Positions 1 through 10,952 are shown, counted from the stretch's first letter. The stretch: DNA of 42,601 bases from Gallionella sp. (GCA_013141315.1 JABFRF010000120.1:1-42601); one strand, 5' to 3'. The notes: generated by a model not told the origin, from the letters alone. A program made the numbers and translations.

Positions 1-199
1 AACCGCTACCTGCTGCTTTGGCGAAGGCTTCTTTGGCAGCGAAGCGTTTGGCCAAGAAGCGCCGCTGATTGGTATTGGCTTGAAATTCTGCCCACTCACG
101 TTCACTTAATACACGACGCGCGAATCGTTCACCATAACGCGCAAACAAGTTTTCTATTCGCGCGAATTCGACAACATCTGTGCCAATTCCAAAAATCAT
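1..199 (-). CDS. acpS: holo-[acyl-carrier-protein] synthase (5' part, runs off window)
   Basis: Hand translation [16 protein letters not shown]...[19 protein letters not shown] shows the AcpS GIGTD and RFAAKEA motifs; position downstream of pdxJ; absent from ORF track because truncated. Confidence 0.96.
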   Translation of the reverse strand, partial: MIFGIGTDVVEFARIENLFARYGERFARRVLSEREWAEFQANTNQRRFLAKRFAAKEAFAKAAGSG

Positions 200-201
200 A
201 A

Positions 202-1017
202 TCAGCCTTCATAATTGATGGATTGTAAATGCGCTTCAGCTGCTTGCCCGAGACACAATCTAATTGTGGTAAAGAACGCTTTCCATTGAGTTTGAAAATA
301 CCGCTGCGCCAAATTTCCCAATCCTTGTTGTGCATCAAATCCAGCTTGGCGTTGTTTTTTCTTATTGCCTTCAATATCTCGAATAACAAGTAAGCGTCCA
401 GCAGCAAGTCTTTCACAGTTCAAATTAAGCATATCGATGGTACATTGAACCAATGCTTCGACTGATGGATGTTTATTGTTTTCTATGGGTACATGAACTC
501 TACAGGCAACAGAATTAGGCAATAGTCTCCCTGTATTTTTCTCCAAACTAAATAAATTCGGAAAAGCTGCAAGTTGAAGCGGATTAAAAATCCATCCCTC
601 ACATTGAGCAGACAATTTATTAGTCTGAGTCATCGTATTTTTATGCTCATCACAACTCAGATTTTTACTCATAGGTTCTAAATGAAATCCACTGACATCA
701 ACGTACTGGTAGCTCCCACCATTACACACTGCCAGCATATTTTGCCAATCCAATGCCCAGTTATGCTGAGGATCTACATCTGACTTCGGATGGAAATGTT
801 CAACTCGACATTTGAGTGGATCGTTATCACGAATATCAATTTCACAATATGCACACAATCCCCCTTGCTGATTCACAAGCTCATTACGGCAATCTTGATA
901 GGTATTTTGCCCGCCATGATGCGGATTATTTTTCATTTCATCCCATAAACTGAGCGGAACTGCACCTCGGTAATTGACCAAAGCGGTTGGCTCGTTACCC
1001 TTCAACACTCGCTTCAT
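202..1017 (-). CDS. PtuB-like HNH endonuclease (Septu / retron Ec78-type effector, TIGR02646-like)
   Basis: QGGLCAYCE...VEHFHPKS...[13 protein letters not shown] signature; probable ATG at 1017 overlaps the ATPase TGA (ATGA). Confidence 0.85.
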   Translation of the reverse strand: MKRVLKGNEPTALVNYRGAVPLSLWDEMKNNPHHGGQNTYQDCRNELVNQQGGLCAYCEIDIRDNDPLKCRVEHFHPKSDVDPQHNWALDWQNMLAVCNGGSYQYVDVSGFHLEPMSKNLSCDEHKNTMTQTNKLSAQCEGWIFNPLQLAAFPNLFSLEKNTGRLLPNSVACRVHVPIENNKHPSVEALVQCTIDMLNLNCERLAAGRLLVIRDIEGNKKKQRQAGFDAQQGLGNLAQRYFQTQWKAFFTTIRLCLGQAAEAHLQSINYEG

Positions 1018-2372
1018 TGACCCAACTCCCACTTGCGATTTTCAATTAGCAAGTCCGCGTTAAGCAATGCAGGTTCTTCGCCTTGATAACGCGCATCCAA
1101 TAAGCAACGCAATTCCATTGCACGAGGAGAATTCCATTGATCTTTGCCGACAAGGGTTAGATATTCATTTAGCTCAATCGTGGCTTTGCTTTCTGGCGGA
1201 CGTACATCCACACCCAAAATTCGCTTGAGCAAGCGAGATGCCTCTGCTCCTTCAGTACCCGGCGGAGCTGCATAAAGTTTGTTGTCACTTAAAATACGAA
1301 TGCAATCAGACGAAACAGAGGAAAGCACTTGGGGACTGTGGGTAGTCACAACAAATTGAATGGAGGGAAACGCTTCACTCAACTGACTTAACACCAACTG
1401 TTGCCAGCGCGGATGCAAGTGCATATCAACTTCATCAATCAGCACTACCCCTGTGGTTTTTTTTGCAGCCTCAATACCAAAATGAGGATTGAGTTTAATG
1501 CACCGATACGCAATGTCTCCTACCATCGCCAACATGTTACGAATACCGTCGCTTAACAACTCTACTTTCATCGTGCCGTACTGCTCATGCTTTAGAATTA
1601 AAGATTTTTCATTTGTCACGCTATACTCCAAGCCATGCCAACCTGTGATTGTTTTCAAAAAACAATCTGTGGCTTGTTGAATCACTTTGATTGACAATCC
1701 AGAAACCACATCCGCTGGCAAATTATTTTCAATCTGCTTTATTTGTCCTTCTCGGTAGCTCTCGAAAATCCAAGTGAACCACTCGGCAAAATGCTTATAC
1801 GAAGAGGCTGGGTCAAGGCAATCGCGATAAGCGAATAACCGCATGTAAGTATCGTTATTTTTTTTGGGGGCTTTTTCAATAGTCAATTTTTTATGACTCC
1901 ACAAACGCCCCGTACCGTAATAGCCCAACATCGGTAAATTTATATTAGCAGCCCCGTCACGTACACTTGCTTGCAAGCCACTTCCAAAAAACTCCATATG
2001 TTTAATATACTCATCCCCTTTAGTCTTAGTTCCTTTTTTTTCACTTTCACGAAATCTAGTCCAAGTACCCAGTCCATTACCGTAATCTCCCGATAATGAA
2101 ACTTTACAAGGCAACTGACGCGCCATATCACCTGCCGCGTTTTTCACCAATCGAACATCGTCAACACCAATACCGTTAGCGGGATCGGCAAAGCCACTAC
2201 TCGCCAAATCGAAGCAATGTACATAAGGCCACAGCGCAACACGCAGTGCATCTAATAAAGTAGATTTACCTTGCCCATTTTCGGCAACCAGCACCGTCAT
2301 TTGAGGATGTAGTGGCAACTCCAAGTGGTCAAAACAGCGATAATTTTCTAGCAGTAGTCGATTAAGCTTCAT
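1014..2372 (-). CDS. PtuA-like ABC/AAA ATPase (Septu / retron Ec78-type effector)
   Basis: Walker A AENGQGKST, signature LSDG, Walker B VLIDEVDMHLHP, H-loop TTHSPQ; coupled to HNH gene; GGAG RBS. Confidence 0.87.
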   Translation of the reverse strand: MKLNRLLLENYRCFDHLELPLHPQMTVLVAENGQGKSTLLDALRVALWPYVHCFDLASSGFADPANGIGVDDVRLVKNAAGDMARQLPCKVSLSGDYGNGLGTWTRFRESEKKGTKTKGDEYIKHMEFFGSGLQASVRDGAANINLPMLGYYGTGRLWSHKKLTIEKAPKKNNDTYMRLFAYRDCLDPASSYKHFAEWFTWIFESYREGQIKQIENNLPADVVSGLSIKVIQQATDCFLKTITGWHGLEYSVTNEKSLILKHEQYGTMKVELLSDGIRNMLAMVGDIAYRCIKLNPHFGIEAAKKTTGVVLIDEVDMHLHPRWQQLVLSQLSEAFPSIQFVVTTHSPQVLSSVSSDCIRILSDNKLYAAPPGTEGAEASRLLKRILGVDVRPPESKATIELNEYLTLVGKDQWNSPRAMELRCLLDARYQGEEPALLNADLLIENRKWELGQ

Positions 2373-2395
2373 TTTTGTTCTCCGACCTAACTTAG

Positions 2396-3112
2396 TTAAT
2401 TAACTAACAGCGCACGCATTTTTTTCACCGCAGCTTCCAGTCCGATGAACAAAGATTCTGCGATGATGGCATGGCCGATATTGAGCTCGACCAGATTGGG
2501 AATTCCAACGATGTCTTGCACGTTGTGATAATGCAAGCCATGCCCTGCATTAACCTGCAAGCCTTGCGCATGGGCGTGTTGAGCAGCAACGCGAATGCGC
2601 TCTAACTCGTGCTGATGTTCAGGTACGCTGTCTGCTTCGGCATATTTTCCCGTATGCAATTCGATTACGGGCGCGCCCACTTTTCGTGCAGCATCAATTT
2701 GCTTTTGTTCCGGGTCGATAAACAATGACACGCGAATGCCCGCAGCGGCACAACGTTCGCAAGCTGATTTGATGACATCAAAGTAGCGCACCACATCTAA
2801 GCCGCCTTCAGTGGTCAGCTCTTCACGACGTTCCGGCACAAGGCAGAGATCATGCGGCTTGGTACGCAGTGCGATGCCTATCATTTCTTCAGTGACAGCA
2901 CTTTCCAAGTTCATGCGGATTTGCAGCATGTCGCGCAACACCGCTACGTCTTTATCTTGGATATGACGGCGATCTTCGCGCAGGTGCAGTGTGATGGCAT
3001 CTGCCCCTGCCGATTCCGCCAGCAACGCAGCACGCACCACACTGGGGTAACGCGCACCGCGCACTTGGCGCAGGGTGGCAACGTGATCGATATTTAATCC
3101 GAGTTTTATCAT
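2396..3112 (-). CDS. pdxJ: pyridoxine 5'-phosphate synthase
   Basis: [30 protein letters not shown] motifs; synteny. Confidence 0.98.
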   Translation of the reverse strand: MIKLGLNIDHVATLRQVRGARYPSVVRAALLAESAGADAITLHLREDRRHIQDKDVAVLRDMLQIRMNLESAVTEEMIGIALRTKPHDLCLVPERREELTTEGGLDVVRYFDVIKSACERCAAAGIRVSLFIDPEQKQIDAARKVGAPVIELHTGKYAEADSVPEHQHELERIRVAAQHAHAQGLQVNAGHGLHYHNVQDIVGIPNLVELNIGHAIIAESLFIGLEAAVKKMRALLVN

Positions 3113-3840
3113 AATTTTTGCAAGTCCTTAATCAATTCGCGCGTGTGTAAAACTTTGCCACCCAGATGATGATTCAGTAACACGCGCATCAGTTGTTTAC
3201 TTTGTTGTGCAGTAACGGGATCAGCATAGTCGTCAACCATCATATCGAGCAAGGTCTTGCCCTGCACGGGCAAACCTATGTGTGCATCGCCATCATCCAA
3301 CACTGCACCGCGTTCCACGGCATAACGATAACCCAATTCGGCTTGTATTGCTTTATCGCTACCCGCTTCACGGTTTAACACCAGCGCGTAGCCCAATTCT
3401 TGCAGCAAGTGCTTTTCAAAGCAACGCAGTGTCGCAGCGTGGTCGGTTTCGTGCGCCAAACGATGCAAGGTGGCAAGGTAATAGTCAAATAATTGCTGAT
3501 GCGGATCGTCACGTGCGAGCAAGTTGAGCAGCAATTCGTTCAGATAAAATCCGCACATCAGTGCCGTGCTTTGCAGATACGGCTGGCCGCCTTGCCACTC
3601 TGCGCTATGCAAAGTTCGCACTTCACCTTTGCCAAACCAGCTCAACGACAACGGCTGAAAGCTCATTAACACGCTGCGCAAATTCGATTTAGGTCGACGC
3701 GCGCCACGCGCCACGATTGGCAATCGCCCATGTTGGCGACTGAATACATCGAGCAACAGACTGGTCTCGCGAAACGGGTAACTGTGCAAAACAATCGCGG
3801 GCTGGTCTTGCTGCTTATTGTGCCGACTGCCTACGGTCAT
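3109..3840 (-). CDS. recO: DNA repair protein RecO
   Basis: [13 protein letters not shown]...GFYLNELL; era-recO-pdxJ synteny. Confidence 0.97.
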   Translation of the reverse strand: MTVGSRHNKQQDQPAIVLHSYPFRETSLLLDVFSRQHGRLPIVARGARRPKSNLRSVLMSFQPLSLSWFGKGEVRTLHSAEWQGGQPYLQSTALMCGFYLNELLLNLLARDDPHQQLFDYYLATLHRLAHETDHAATLRCFEKHLLQELGYALVLNREAGSDKAIQAELGYRYAVERGAVLDDGDAHIGLPVQGKTLLDMMVDDYADPVTAQQSKQLMRVLLNHHLGGKVLHTRELIKDLQKL

Positions 3841-3855
3841 TCGTAAACCCTAACA

Positions 3856-4791
3856 TCATTCATAACCTAGGGAGTGCAATACGCGTGGATCATCCGCCCA
3901 ACCGCTGCGCAGTTTGATGAACACTTCGAGGAACACTTTTCCGTCGAATAATTTTTCCATATCCAAGCGCGCTTGGGTGGCAATCTCTTTGAGCTTCTCG
4001 CCTTTCTTGCCTATCAGCATGGCTTTATGCGCTTCTCTATCTACCAACACGGCCGCGCTGATACGACGCAGCTTGCCTTCCATTTTGAATTGCTCAATCA
4101 CCACGCTGGTTGAATAAGGCAACTCGTCACCCGTGAAGCGGAAGATTTTTTCACGCAACATTTCTGCCGCCAAAAACCGTTCGCTACGATTGGTAATGTC
4201 ATCTTTGTCGTAGATCAATTCGCCCGCCGGCAAAAAGCGGCGCAAGGTATTTTTCAATTCATCCAATTTGATGTTCTGCTTGGCACTGACTGGCACGATT
4301 TCAGCGAACTTGAAATCTTGCGCCACACGTTCGGCAAAGCTAAACAACTGTCCTTTGTCAGGCACTTCATCAATTTTGTTAATCACCAACACTACGGGGC
4401 GATTGTCCGGCAACAGCTTGAGCACTTCTTGATCGCGCTCGTCATAACGTAATGCCTCCAACACATACACCACCACTTGCACATCGCGTAGGCTACTGAT
4501 GACGACGCGATTCATACCACGATTCAACGCGTTCAAATGCTTAGTCTGAAACCCCGGCGTATCGACGAACACAAACTGCGAATGCTCATCAGTATAAATA
4601 CCGTGAATGCGATGCCGCGTGGTCTGTGCCTTGCGAGAAGTGATGCTGATCTTTTGTCCAATCAGATGATTGAGCAACGTGGATTTTCCCACGTTGGGTC
4701 GTCCGACAATCGCAACGTAACCACTGCGAAATTCCTCCGGTAGAACAGCTGCGATATTTTCGTCGGGTGTTACGGGTGTATTTTCAGTCAT
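3856..4791 (-). CDS. era: GTPase Era
   Basis: [18 protein letters not shown]-terminal KH domain. Confidence 0.98.
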   Translation of the reverse strand: MTENTPVTPDENIAAVLPEEFRSGYVAIVGRPNVGKSTLLNHLIGQKISITSRKAQTTRHRIHGIYTDEHSQFVFVDTPGFQTKHLNALNRGMNRVVISSLRDVQVVVYVLEALRYDERDQEVLKLLPDNRPVVLVINKIDEVPDKGQLFSFAERVAQDFKFAEIVPVSAKQNIKLDELKNTLRRFLPAGELIYDKDDITNRSERFLAAEMLREKIFRFTGDELPYSTSVVIEQFKMEGKLRRISAAVLVDREAHKAMLIGKKGEKLKEIATQARLDMEKLFDGKVFLEVFIKLRSGWADDPRVLHSLGYE

Positions 4792-4804
4792 GATTTATTC
4801 TAGG

Positions 4805-5491
4805 TTATTTGCTATTGCTTGAAATGATTTGGTATGCAGCCAGTGCAGCTTGCTGCTCAGCATTACGGCGACTATTACCTTCACCCCGCGCAGTTATTTT
4901 AAGTGAGTGAATGTCACATTCCACATGAAAGGATTGCGCATGCGCCTCACCTTGAATGGTCAACACCGTGTAAAGCGGCAGTGGCAATCGCTTGGATTGC
5001 AGATATTCTTGCAACAATGTTTTGGCATCTTTGCCTAATGACTGCACATCCACCTTTGCCAAATAAGGCACATACAAATGCAATACGACTTTCTCAGCTG
5101 CCGCAAAATCAGCATCCAGAAAAACCGCGCCGAACAGGGCTTCCATGCCATCTGCCAAAATAGACGGGCGACTAAAGCCTCCACTTTTTCGCTCACCTTC
5201 ACCCAGCAACAAATAGCTGCCCAAGTTAATGTTTTGCGCCAAGGTGACCAGCGTTTCTTCTCTCACCAAATTGGAACGCAACCTCGACAACTCGCCTTCG
5301 CTTAATTGTGGGAATTCGCTGTAGAGATGCTTGGCGATGACGCAACCCAGAATACTATCGCCCAAAAATTCCAAACGTTCATTATGTTCAGGTGCGTAAC
5401 TGCGATGGGTTAATGCGCGCTGCAAAAACTTCGGCTGGGAAAATTCATAACCCAACTGCCCGCACAACACTTTGCTATTTTTATTTAACAC
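4805..5491 (-). CDS. rnc: ribonuclease III
   Basis: HNERLEFLGDS signature and dsRBD; start uncertain (GTG 5491 chosen; the longer ORF overlaps the upstream gene). Confidence 0.96.
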   Translation of the reverse strand: MLNKNSKVLCGQLGYEFSQPKFLQRALTHRSYAPEHNERLEFLGDSILGCVIAKHLYSEFPQLSEGELSRLRSNLVREETLVTLAQNINLGSYLLLGEGERKSGGFSRPSILADGMEALFGAVFLDADFAAAEKVVLHLYVPYLAKVDVQSLGKDAKTLLQEYLQSKRLPLPLYTVLTIQGEAHAQSFHVECDIHSLKITARGEGNSRRNAEQQAALAAYQIISSNSK

Positions 5492-5852
5492 TGCTCGGCT
5501 TAAAGTCCAACAACAGGCTGGCATTCGCCACCAATGGAACAGTGACTGTGTAACTTGCACTCAACACCAGTTTGCCTTCATCCATTGAAGCATCAATATC
5601 TTCTGGCTTGATTGCAGTCATGTTATCAATCGAAGCACGTTTGCTGAATGAGTTACGAATCTCTTGTATCGTGGCTTTTTGCATATCCGGATCATTCGCA
5701 ATCACCTTAAACGTATTGTTTATCGTCGAATTTTGAATAAAGGCAGGAATCAATCTAAAGCCAAAAAGACTAATCAACACCAACATGAATGCGCCAAAAA
5801 TAAATCCACCAAAACTCAAGCCACGTTGCTGTGCTGATGTTGCTGTATTCAT
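5481..5852 (-). CDS. DUF4845-family protein (pilin-like N-terminus)
   Basis: QQRGLSF + hydrophobic helix; usual position between lepB and rnc. Confidence 0.85.
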   Translation of the reverse strand: MNTATSAQQRGLSFGGFIFGAFMLVLISLFGFRLIPAFIQNSTINNTFKVIANDPDMQKATIQEIRNSFSKRASIDNMTAIKPEDIDASMDEGKLVLSASYTVTVPLVANASLLLDFKPSSVK

Positions 5853-5896
5853 TTTTATCTCCTTACGAAATTAAATGCCCGGATTAAATACCCCAA

Positions 5897-6697
5897 TTAA
5901 ATACCAAGACCAATACGCTTAAAATCAGAAAAGTTCATCCATACAAAAAATGCTTTACCGACAATTTGATTATCCGGCACAAAGCCCCAATAGCGGCTAT
6001 CACGACTGTTATCACGATTGTCACCCATCATAAAATAATTGCCTGCCGGGACTTTGCAGCGCACCAATTCATCATCGTAGGTGCAGTTTTCTCGCCCCGG
6101 AAATTCCGAAACCGAGCCCAAATACAAAGTGGGCTTTTCAGGATTGATTAGCAAATCATGCTTACGCTCGCCTAACGTTTCTTGGTTTTTCTCGGTGTGA
6201 ACAAAATTCAAATCCTGCTCGGTGTAATTGTAATCCCCCCCTGGAATTAACGGCTGCACCACGCCATTGATGGTTAGTTTTTTATGGTTATATTCAACCG
6301 TGTCGCCCGGTAAACCTACCACGCGCTTGATGTAATCCAATGAAGGATTTTCAGGGTAATGAAACACCATCACATCGCCGCGCTGAGGATTATTGAGTTG
6401 AACAATCTTTTGATTGATAACAGGCAAGCGCAAGCCATAAGTAAATTTATTCACCAGAATAAAGTCGCCAACTTGTAGCGTTGGAATCATCGAACCTGAA
6501 GGAATCTTAAACGGCTCAACTAAAAATGACCGAATAAAAAACACGGTGATGATTACCGGGAAGAAACTTTTTGCGTACTCTACCCACCATGGCTCAGTCA
6601 CACCGTCTGCACGCTTCGCTTTCAGCAAAAACTTATCCAACAGCCACACACTGCCTGTAAGCAGTGACAACAAAAATAAAATTAACGCAAAATCCAT
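5897..6697 (-). CDS. lepB: signal peptidase I
   Basis: PSGSMIPTL, YIKRVVGLPGD, GDNRDNSRDSRYWG. Confidence 0.98.
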   Translation of the reverse strand: MDFALILFLLSLLTGSVWLLDKFLLKAKRADGVTEPWWVEYAKSFFPVIITVFFIRSFLVEPFKIPSGSMIPTLQVGDFILVNKFTYGLRLPVINQKIVQLNNPQRGDVMVFHYPENPSLDYIKRVVGLPGDTVEYNHKKLTINGVVQPLIPGGDYNYTEQDLNFVHTEKNQETLGERKHDLLINPEKPTLYLGSVSEFPGRENCTYDDELVRCKVPAGNYFMMGDNRDNSRDSRYWGFVPDNQIVGKAFFVWMNFSDFKRIGLGI

Positions 6698-6743
6698 TAC
6701 TACTCCTCAAATTTTTAGCTCAAAACCTATCGATAAAAAGCCT

Positions 6744-6863
6744 GTCATTCCCGCGAAAGCGGGAATCCAGCTAAACAACATTCCGCTTAGCGGACAACAC
6801 CCAATTTGTCCCGCTAAGCGGGAACTTTTCAATCAACTGGATTCCCGCTTTCGCGGGAATGAC
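6744..6863. repeat. 120-bp REP/dRS3-like palindromic element, copy 1
   Basis: Perfect 27-bp terminal inverted repeat GTCATTCCCGCGAAAGCGGGAATCCAG; two inner hairpins; related copy at 36560-36682. Confidence 0.93.
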
Positions 6864-6885
6864 GTAGCTAATATGCAATTTATAT

Positions 6886-8676
6886 TTAGTCATCAACCCG
6901 CAAAATCGCCAAGAACGCTTCCTGCGGAATTTCCACATTACCCACTTGTTTCATGCGCTTCTTACCCGCTTTTTGTTTTTCCAGCAATTTTTTCTTGCGC
7001 GAAATATCACCACCGTAACATTTTGCCAACACGTTTTTGCGCATTGCTTTAACGTTCTCGCGAGCAATAATATTTGAACCTATGGTCGCTTGTATCGCCA
7101 CGTCATACATCTGGCGGGGAATCAATTCTCGCATCTTCGCCGCCACTTCACGGCCACGATATTGACTGTTGCCGCGATGTACAATCACCGCCAAAGCATC
7201 CACGCGATCACCGTTGATGAGCATATCCACCTTGACCACATCTGCCGCGCGATACTCTTTGAACTCATAATCCATCGACGCATAGCCACGCGAAATAGAT
7301 TTCAGTTTATCGAAGAAATCCAACACAATTTCCGCCATCGGCATTTCGTAAATCAAATTGACTTGCTTGCCGTGATAATTGATGTTGATTTGATTACCGC
7401 GCTTTTGCGTACACAGTGTAATCACCGAGCCGACATATTCATTCGGCATGTACAAATTCACCGTGACGATAGGCTCGCGGATTTCTTCAATCTTTGACGG
7501 ATCAGGCATTTTGGATGGGTTATCCACCATCAGCACCGTGCCATCGCGCTGCACCACCTCATAAATTACCGTGGGGGCAGTGGTGATCAAGTCCATGTCG
7601 AACTCGCGCTCTAAACGCTCTTGCACAATTTCCATGTGCAACAAACCTAAGAAACCGCAACGGAATCCAAACCCAAGTGCTTGCGACACTTCTGGCTCAT
7701 AACGCAATGCTGCATCGTTTAACTTGAGCTTTTCCAACGAATCACGCAACGCTTCATATTGATTGGACTCAACGGGAAATAAGCCCGCAAACACTTGTGG
7801 CTGAACCTCTTTAAAACCGGGTAAAGGCGCGGCAGCTGGTTTAGCCAAATGTGTGATGGTATCGCCCACTTTGGCTGCTTTAAGCTCTTTAATACCTGCG
7901 ATGACGAAGCCTACTTGACCTGCACTTAAAGTATCGCGGTCTTGCGCCTTGGGCGTAAACACGCCGATATGTTCAGTCAAATGCTGCGCGCCCGTTGCCA
8001 TGAACAGGATTTTTTCCTTAGGCTTGAGCGTACCGTTTTTCACCCGCACCAGCATCACCACGCCAACATAATTATCGAACCATGAATCAATAATCAAGGC
8101 TTGCAAGGGTGCAGCGGGATCACCTGTCGGGGCTGGAACTCGAACAATCAAATCTTCCAAAACATCCTGCACACCCAAGCCAGTTTTGGCTGAACAGCGC
8201 ACCGCTTCTTGCGCATCAATGCCAATCACCTCTTCGATTTCTTCAATCGCATTTTCTGGGTTCGCTGACGGCAAATCTATTTTATTCAACACAGGAACAA
8301 CCTCGACACCCAAATCCAGCGCGGTATAGCAGTTCGCCACCGTCTGCGCTTCCACACCTTGCGACGCATCGACGACTAACAGCGCACCTTCACAGGCAGA
8401 AAGTGAACGCGACACCTCGTAGGAAAAATCCACGTGTCCTGGCGTATCAATCAAATTGAGATTATAGATTTGCCCATCGCGCGCCTTATAAAGCAGCGCG
8501 GCGGTTTGCGCCTTGATGGTGATGCCACGCTCGCGCTCCAAATCCATGGAATCGAGTACCTGCGCTTCCATTTCACGGTCCGATAAGCCGCCACATAGTT
8601 GGATGATACGGTCGGCCAAAGTGGATTTGCCGTGGTCAATGTGAGCAATGATGGAGAAATTACGGATTAGCTGCAT
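6886..8676 (-). CDS. lepA: translation elongation factor 4
   Basis: [20 protein letters not shown]...[18 protein letters not shown]. Confidence 0.99.
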   Translation of the reverse strand: MQLIRNFSIIAHIDHGKSTLADRIIQLCGGLSDREMEAQVLDSMDLERERGITIKAQTAALLYKARDGQIYNLNLIDTPGHVDFSYEVSRSLSACEGALLVVDASQGVEAQTVANCYTALDLGVEVVPVLNKIDLPSANPENAIEEIEEVIGIDAQEAVRCSAKTGLGVQDVLEDLIVRVPAPTGDPAAPLQALIIDSWFDNYVGVVMLVRVKNGTLKPKEKILFMATGAQHLTEHIGVFTPKAQDRDTLSAGQVGFVIAGIKELKAAKVGDTITHLAKPAAAPLPGFKEVQPQVFAGLFPVESNQYEALRDSLEKLKLNDAALRYEPEVSQALGFGFRCGFLGLLHMEIVQERLEREFDMDLITTAPTVIYEVVQRDGTVLMVDNPSKMPDPSKIEEIREPIVTVNLYMPNEYVGSVITLCTQKRGNQININYHGKQVNLIYEMPMAEIVLDFFDKLKSISRGYASMDYEFKEYRAADVVKVDMLINGDRVDALAVIVHRGNSQYRGREVAAKMRELIPRQMYDVAIQATIGSNIIARENVKAMRKNVLAKCYGGDISRKKKLLEKQKAGKKRMKQVGNVEIPQEAFLAILRVDD

Positions 8677-8868
8677 GAGGATATAAACTTCGCCGACAAT
8701 CGGCTTTTTCGCAAAGCGCGAATTCTAGCCGATTTAGGCACTTACTGGGCGATTGGTTGAAAGAGAGACGGTAGACTGCGTCGTATCTTTATGATTTGCT
8801 CCATTTCCCATCTTCGTAGAAGATACGCTGACCATTTTCATACTGGTGCTTGGGTACAAGCTACATTT

Positions 8869-9312
8869 CTAAATAACGTTTTGCAGTTGAATCAAACAAA
8901 GTACCAATACTCCAACACCAAACAGAATTTGAACAAAATTGCCATATTTAACACCAGAAACCAACGTACTCTTACTTGGGCAACTTATGTAGACATACAC
9001 GTTTATTTCTTGTCCCATCGCATATGAATCCATCCGTTTTTTAGAATCTTTTCTATCATCGTAATCACTACGCGCGAGAAAATGACTTGCCCTTCGATTT
9101 ATCCCAAGATAGTTGTAATCGTAATCGATTCGAGCCTGAAAAGTTTTCCTCCCACCTTCAAACTTCTCTCCTTCTTCGACTATCAAGTGCAGAATATGCC
9201 CTGTTACTTTTTTCCAGTGTGAAGCAAATAAACTCACATAAAATTTTGGGCCATGGAGAATCATAAATCCTAGACCCACAATGCTTCCGACTATAAGAAA
9301 AAACACCTCCAT
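8869..9312 (-). CDS. DUF3592-like membrane protein
   Basis: N- and C-terminal TM helices around W..VTGHI...IDYDY...GQEINVY pattern; AT-rich relative to neighbours. Confidence 0.6.
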   Translation of the reverse strand: MEVFFLIVGSIVGLGFMILHGPKFYVSLFASHWKKVTGHILHLIVEEGEKFEGGRKTFQARIDYDYNYLGINRRASHFLARSDYDDRKDSKKRMDSYAMGQEINVYVYISCPSKSTLVSGVKYGNFVQILFGVGVLVLCLIQLQNVI

Positions 9313-9368
9313 GACTAGTCCCTTAAATACTATAGCCTAATTGTGTCAGACTCGAATTTTTGTCAGCT

Positions 9369-10775
9369 TTACTTCTCGTCCAACTTAATCGCCACATAAG
9401 ACGTGCCATCGCTACGCTTAACGAGCAGCGCGACATTACGCCCATTGGGAACTTGGGCGAGGAATTCATTCAATTGGGCAGACGAGTGTAGCGAGGTATT
9501 GCCAATTGCCAACAGGACATCACCCTGATGCAGTCCGGCTGATCTGGCTGACGAGCCTGTCACCTTCTCGACCAATAAACCGCTGCTTACTTGTAGCTCT
9601 TGTTGTTGCGCGGCGCTGAGTTCACTGACTGAAATACCCAGGCGGTCTATCGTTTCAGCCGCAACGTCATCAGACGATTTCTTATCAGCGTGTACCAGCT
9701 TTCCTTCGTCTGGAATTTCTGCGACTTGCACGATCACTTGTTTGGCCGCGCCCTTGCGCCACAAATCGACCGCAACCTTAGTGCCGGGCTTGGTCGCTGC
9801 AACAATACGAGGCAAATCACTGGAGCGAGTGACCAACTTCCCATCGAATTTTAGAATGACATCGCTAACTTCGATGCCCGCCTTATCGGCCGGTGCATTT
9901 TTTTCAACACTGCTGATGAGCGCACCCTCTGGCTTACTCAAGCCAAACGATTCGGCCAGCTCATTGGTCAGCTCTTGGATGGTTACACCGATCCGCCCGC
10001 GGGTTACCTTGCCGCTGGTGCGCAATTGATCAGCCACTTGGGTAGCCACATCGATAGGTATCGCAAAAGACAAGCCCATCGACCCGCCAGAGCGTGTGTA
10101 GATTTGCGAATTGATTCCCACCACTTCCCCGTCCAGATTAAACAGCGGCCCGCCAGAGTTGCCTGGGTTGATCGCCACATCGGTTTGGATGAAAGGTACA
10201 AAATTATCCTGTGGCAACGAACGCCCTTTGGCACTCACAATGCCTGCTGTCACGCTATTGTCAAAGCCAAATGGTGAACCTATTGCCGCCACCCATTCGC
10301 CGACCTTTAATTTATTAGGGTCGCCTTTGTTAACGATAGGCAAGCCCTTCGCTTCGATTTTCAACAAAGCCACATCGGTGCGTTTATCGGCACCGATAAC
10401 CTTGGCGCGAAACTCACGTCTGTCAGTCAGGCGCACTGTCACTTTGTCCGCACCATCCACCACATGCGCATTGGTCATGATGTAACCATCCGCGCTGATG
10501 ATGAAACCGGAGCCCAATGATTGCGTCTCTTGCTCTTGGGGAATCTGTGGGGCGAAGCGGCGAAAAAATTCGGAGAAGGGATCATCTCCATTTGGCATAC
10601 CTTGTATATTGGGCATTTCAGTGGCATTTCGGACTGCTTGCGTGCTGCTGATATTAACCACTGCGGCACCTTCTTTTTCCACCAAAACGGTAAAATCAGG
10701 TAGTCCTCTTGCGTAGGTTGACTTGCAAAGTGTGACACTCAACATCACGACAATACTAAAAAAAATCCTTAGCAT
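9369..10775 (-). CDS. DegP/DegQ/MucD-family periplasmic serine protease
   Basis: Signal peptide, TNAHVV, INPGNSGGPL, two PDZ domains; follows rseC. Confidence 0.96.
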   Translation of the reverse strand: MLRIFFSIVVMLSVTLCKSTYARGLPDFTVLVEKEGAAVVNISSTQAVRNATEMPNIQGMPNGDDPFSEFFRRFAPQIPQEQETQSLGSGFIISADGYIMTNAHVVDGADKVTVRLTDRREFRAKVIGADKRTDVALLKIEAKGLPIVNKGDPNKLKVGEWVAAIGSPFGFDNSVTAGIVSAKGRSLPQDNFVPFIQTDVAINPGNSGGPLFNLDGEVVGINSQIYTRSGGSMGLSFAIPIDVATQVADQLRTSGKVTRGRIGVTIQELTNELAESFGLSKPEGALISSVEKNAPADKAGIEVSDVILKFDGKLVTRSSDLPRIVAATKPGTKVAVDLWRKGAAKQVIVQVAEIPDEGKLVHADKKSSDDVAAETIDRLGISVSELSAAQQQELQVSSGLLVEKVTGSSARSAGLHQGDVLLAIGNTSLHSSAQLNEFLAQVPNGRNVALLVKRSDGTSYVAIKLDEK

Positions 10776-10813
10776 GCGCCCTCCAAATCAATAAATTAAA
10801 AACGATGACTCAA

Positions 10814-10937
10814 TCCACAGATTACACCGATTCACACAGATTAAAATTCTAGTCGATTATGACTATCGCGCATTAGATTAAACAATTTCCACATTATTTT
10901 ATGTTCTTAATCTTGGCTAATCTGTGTAGTCTGCGGA
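10814..10937. repeat. inverted pair of short-period (CACAGATT-type) tandem repeats
   Basis: 10814-10844 versus reverse complement of 10907-10937 match at 24/31 positions. Confidence 0.7.
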
Positions 10938-10952
10938 CAACTGTTTTTGTTT

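Noticed and set aside
202-2395. Complete retron (RT + msr-msd)
   Set aside because: No RT ORF (no YADD-type motif) and no intergenic space for an ncRNA in the window
6546-7052. 168-aa plus-strand ORF containing VIPAKAGI / LDSRFRGND
   Set aside because: Antisense to lepB and lepA; the peptides are just the translated palindromic repeat
8765-8835. Degenerate REP-like inverted repeat (CGTATCTT...AAGATACG) upstream of lepA
   Set aside because: Only 8 bp of complementarity and no second copy; could be chance
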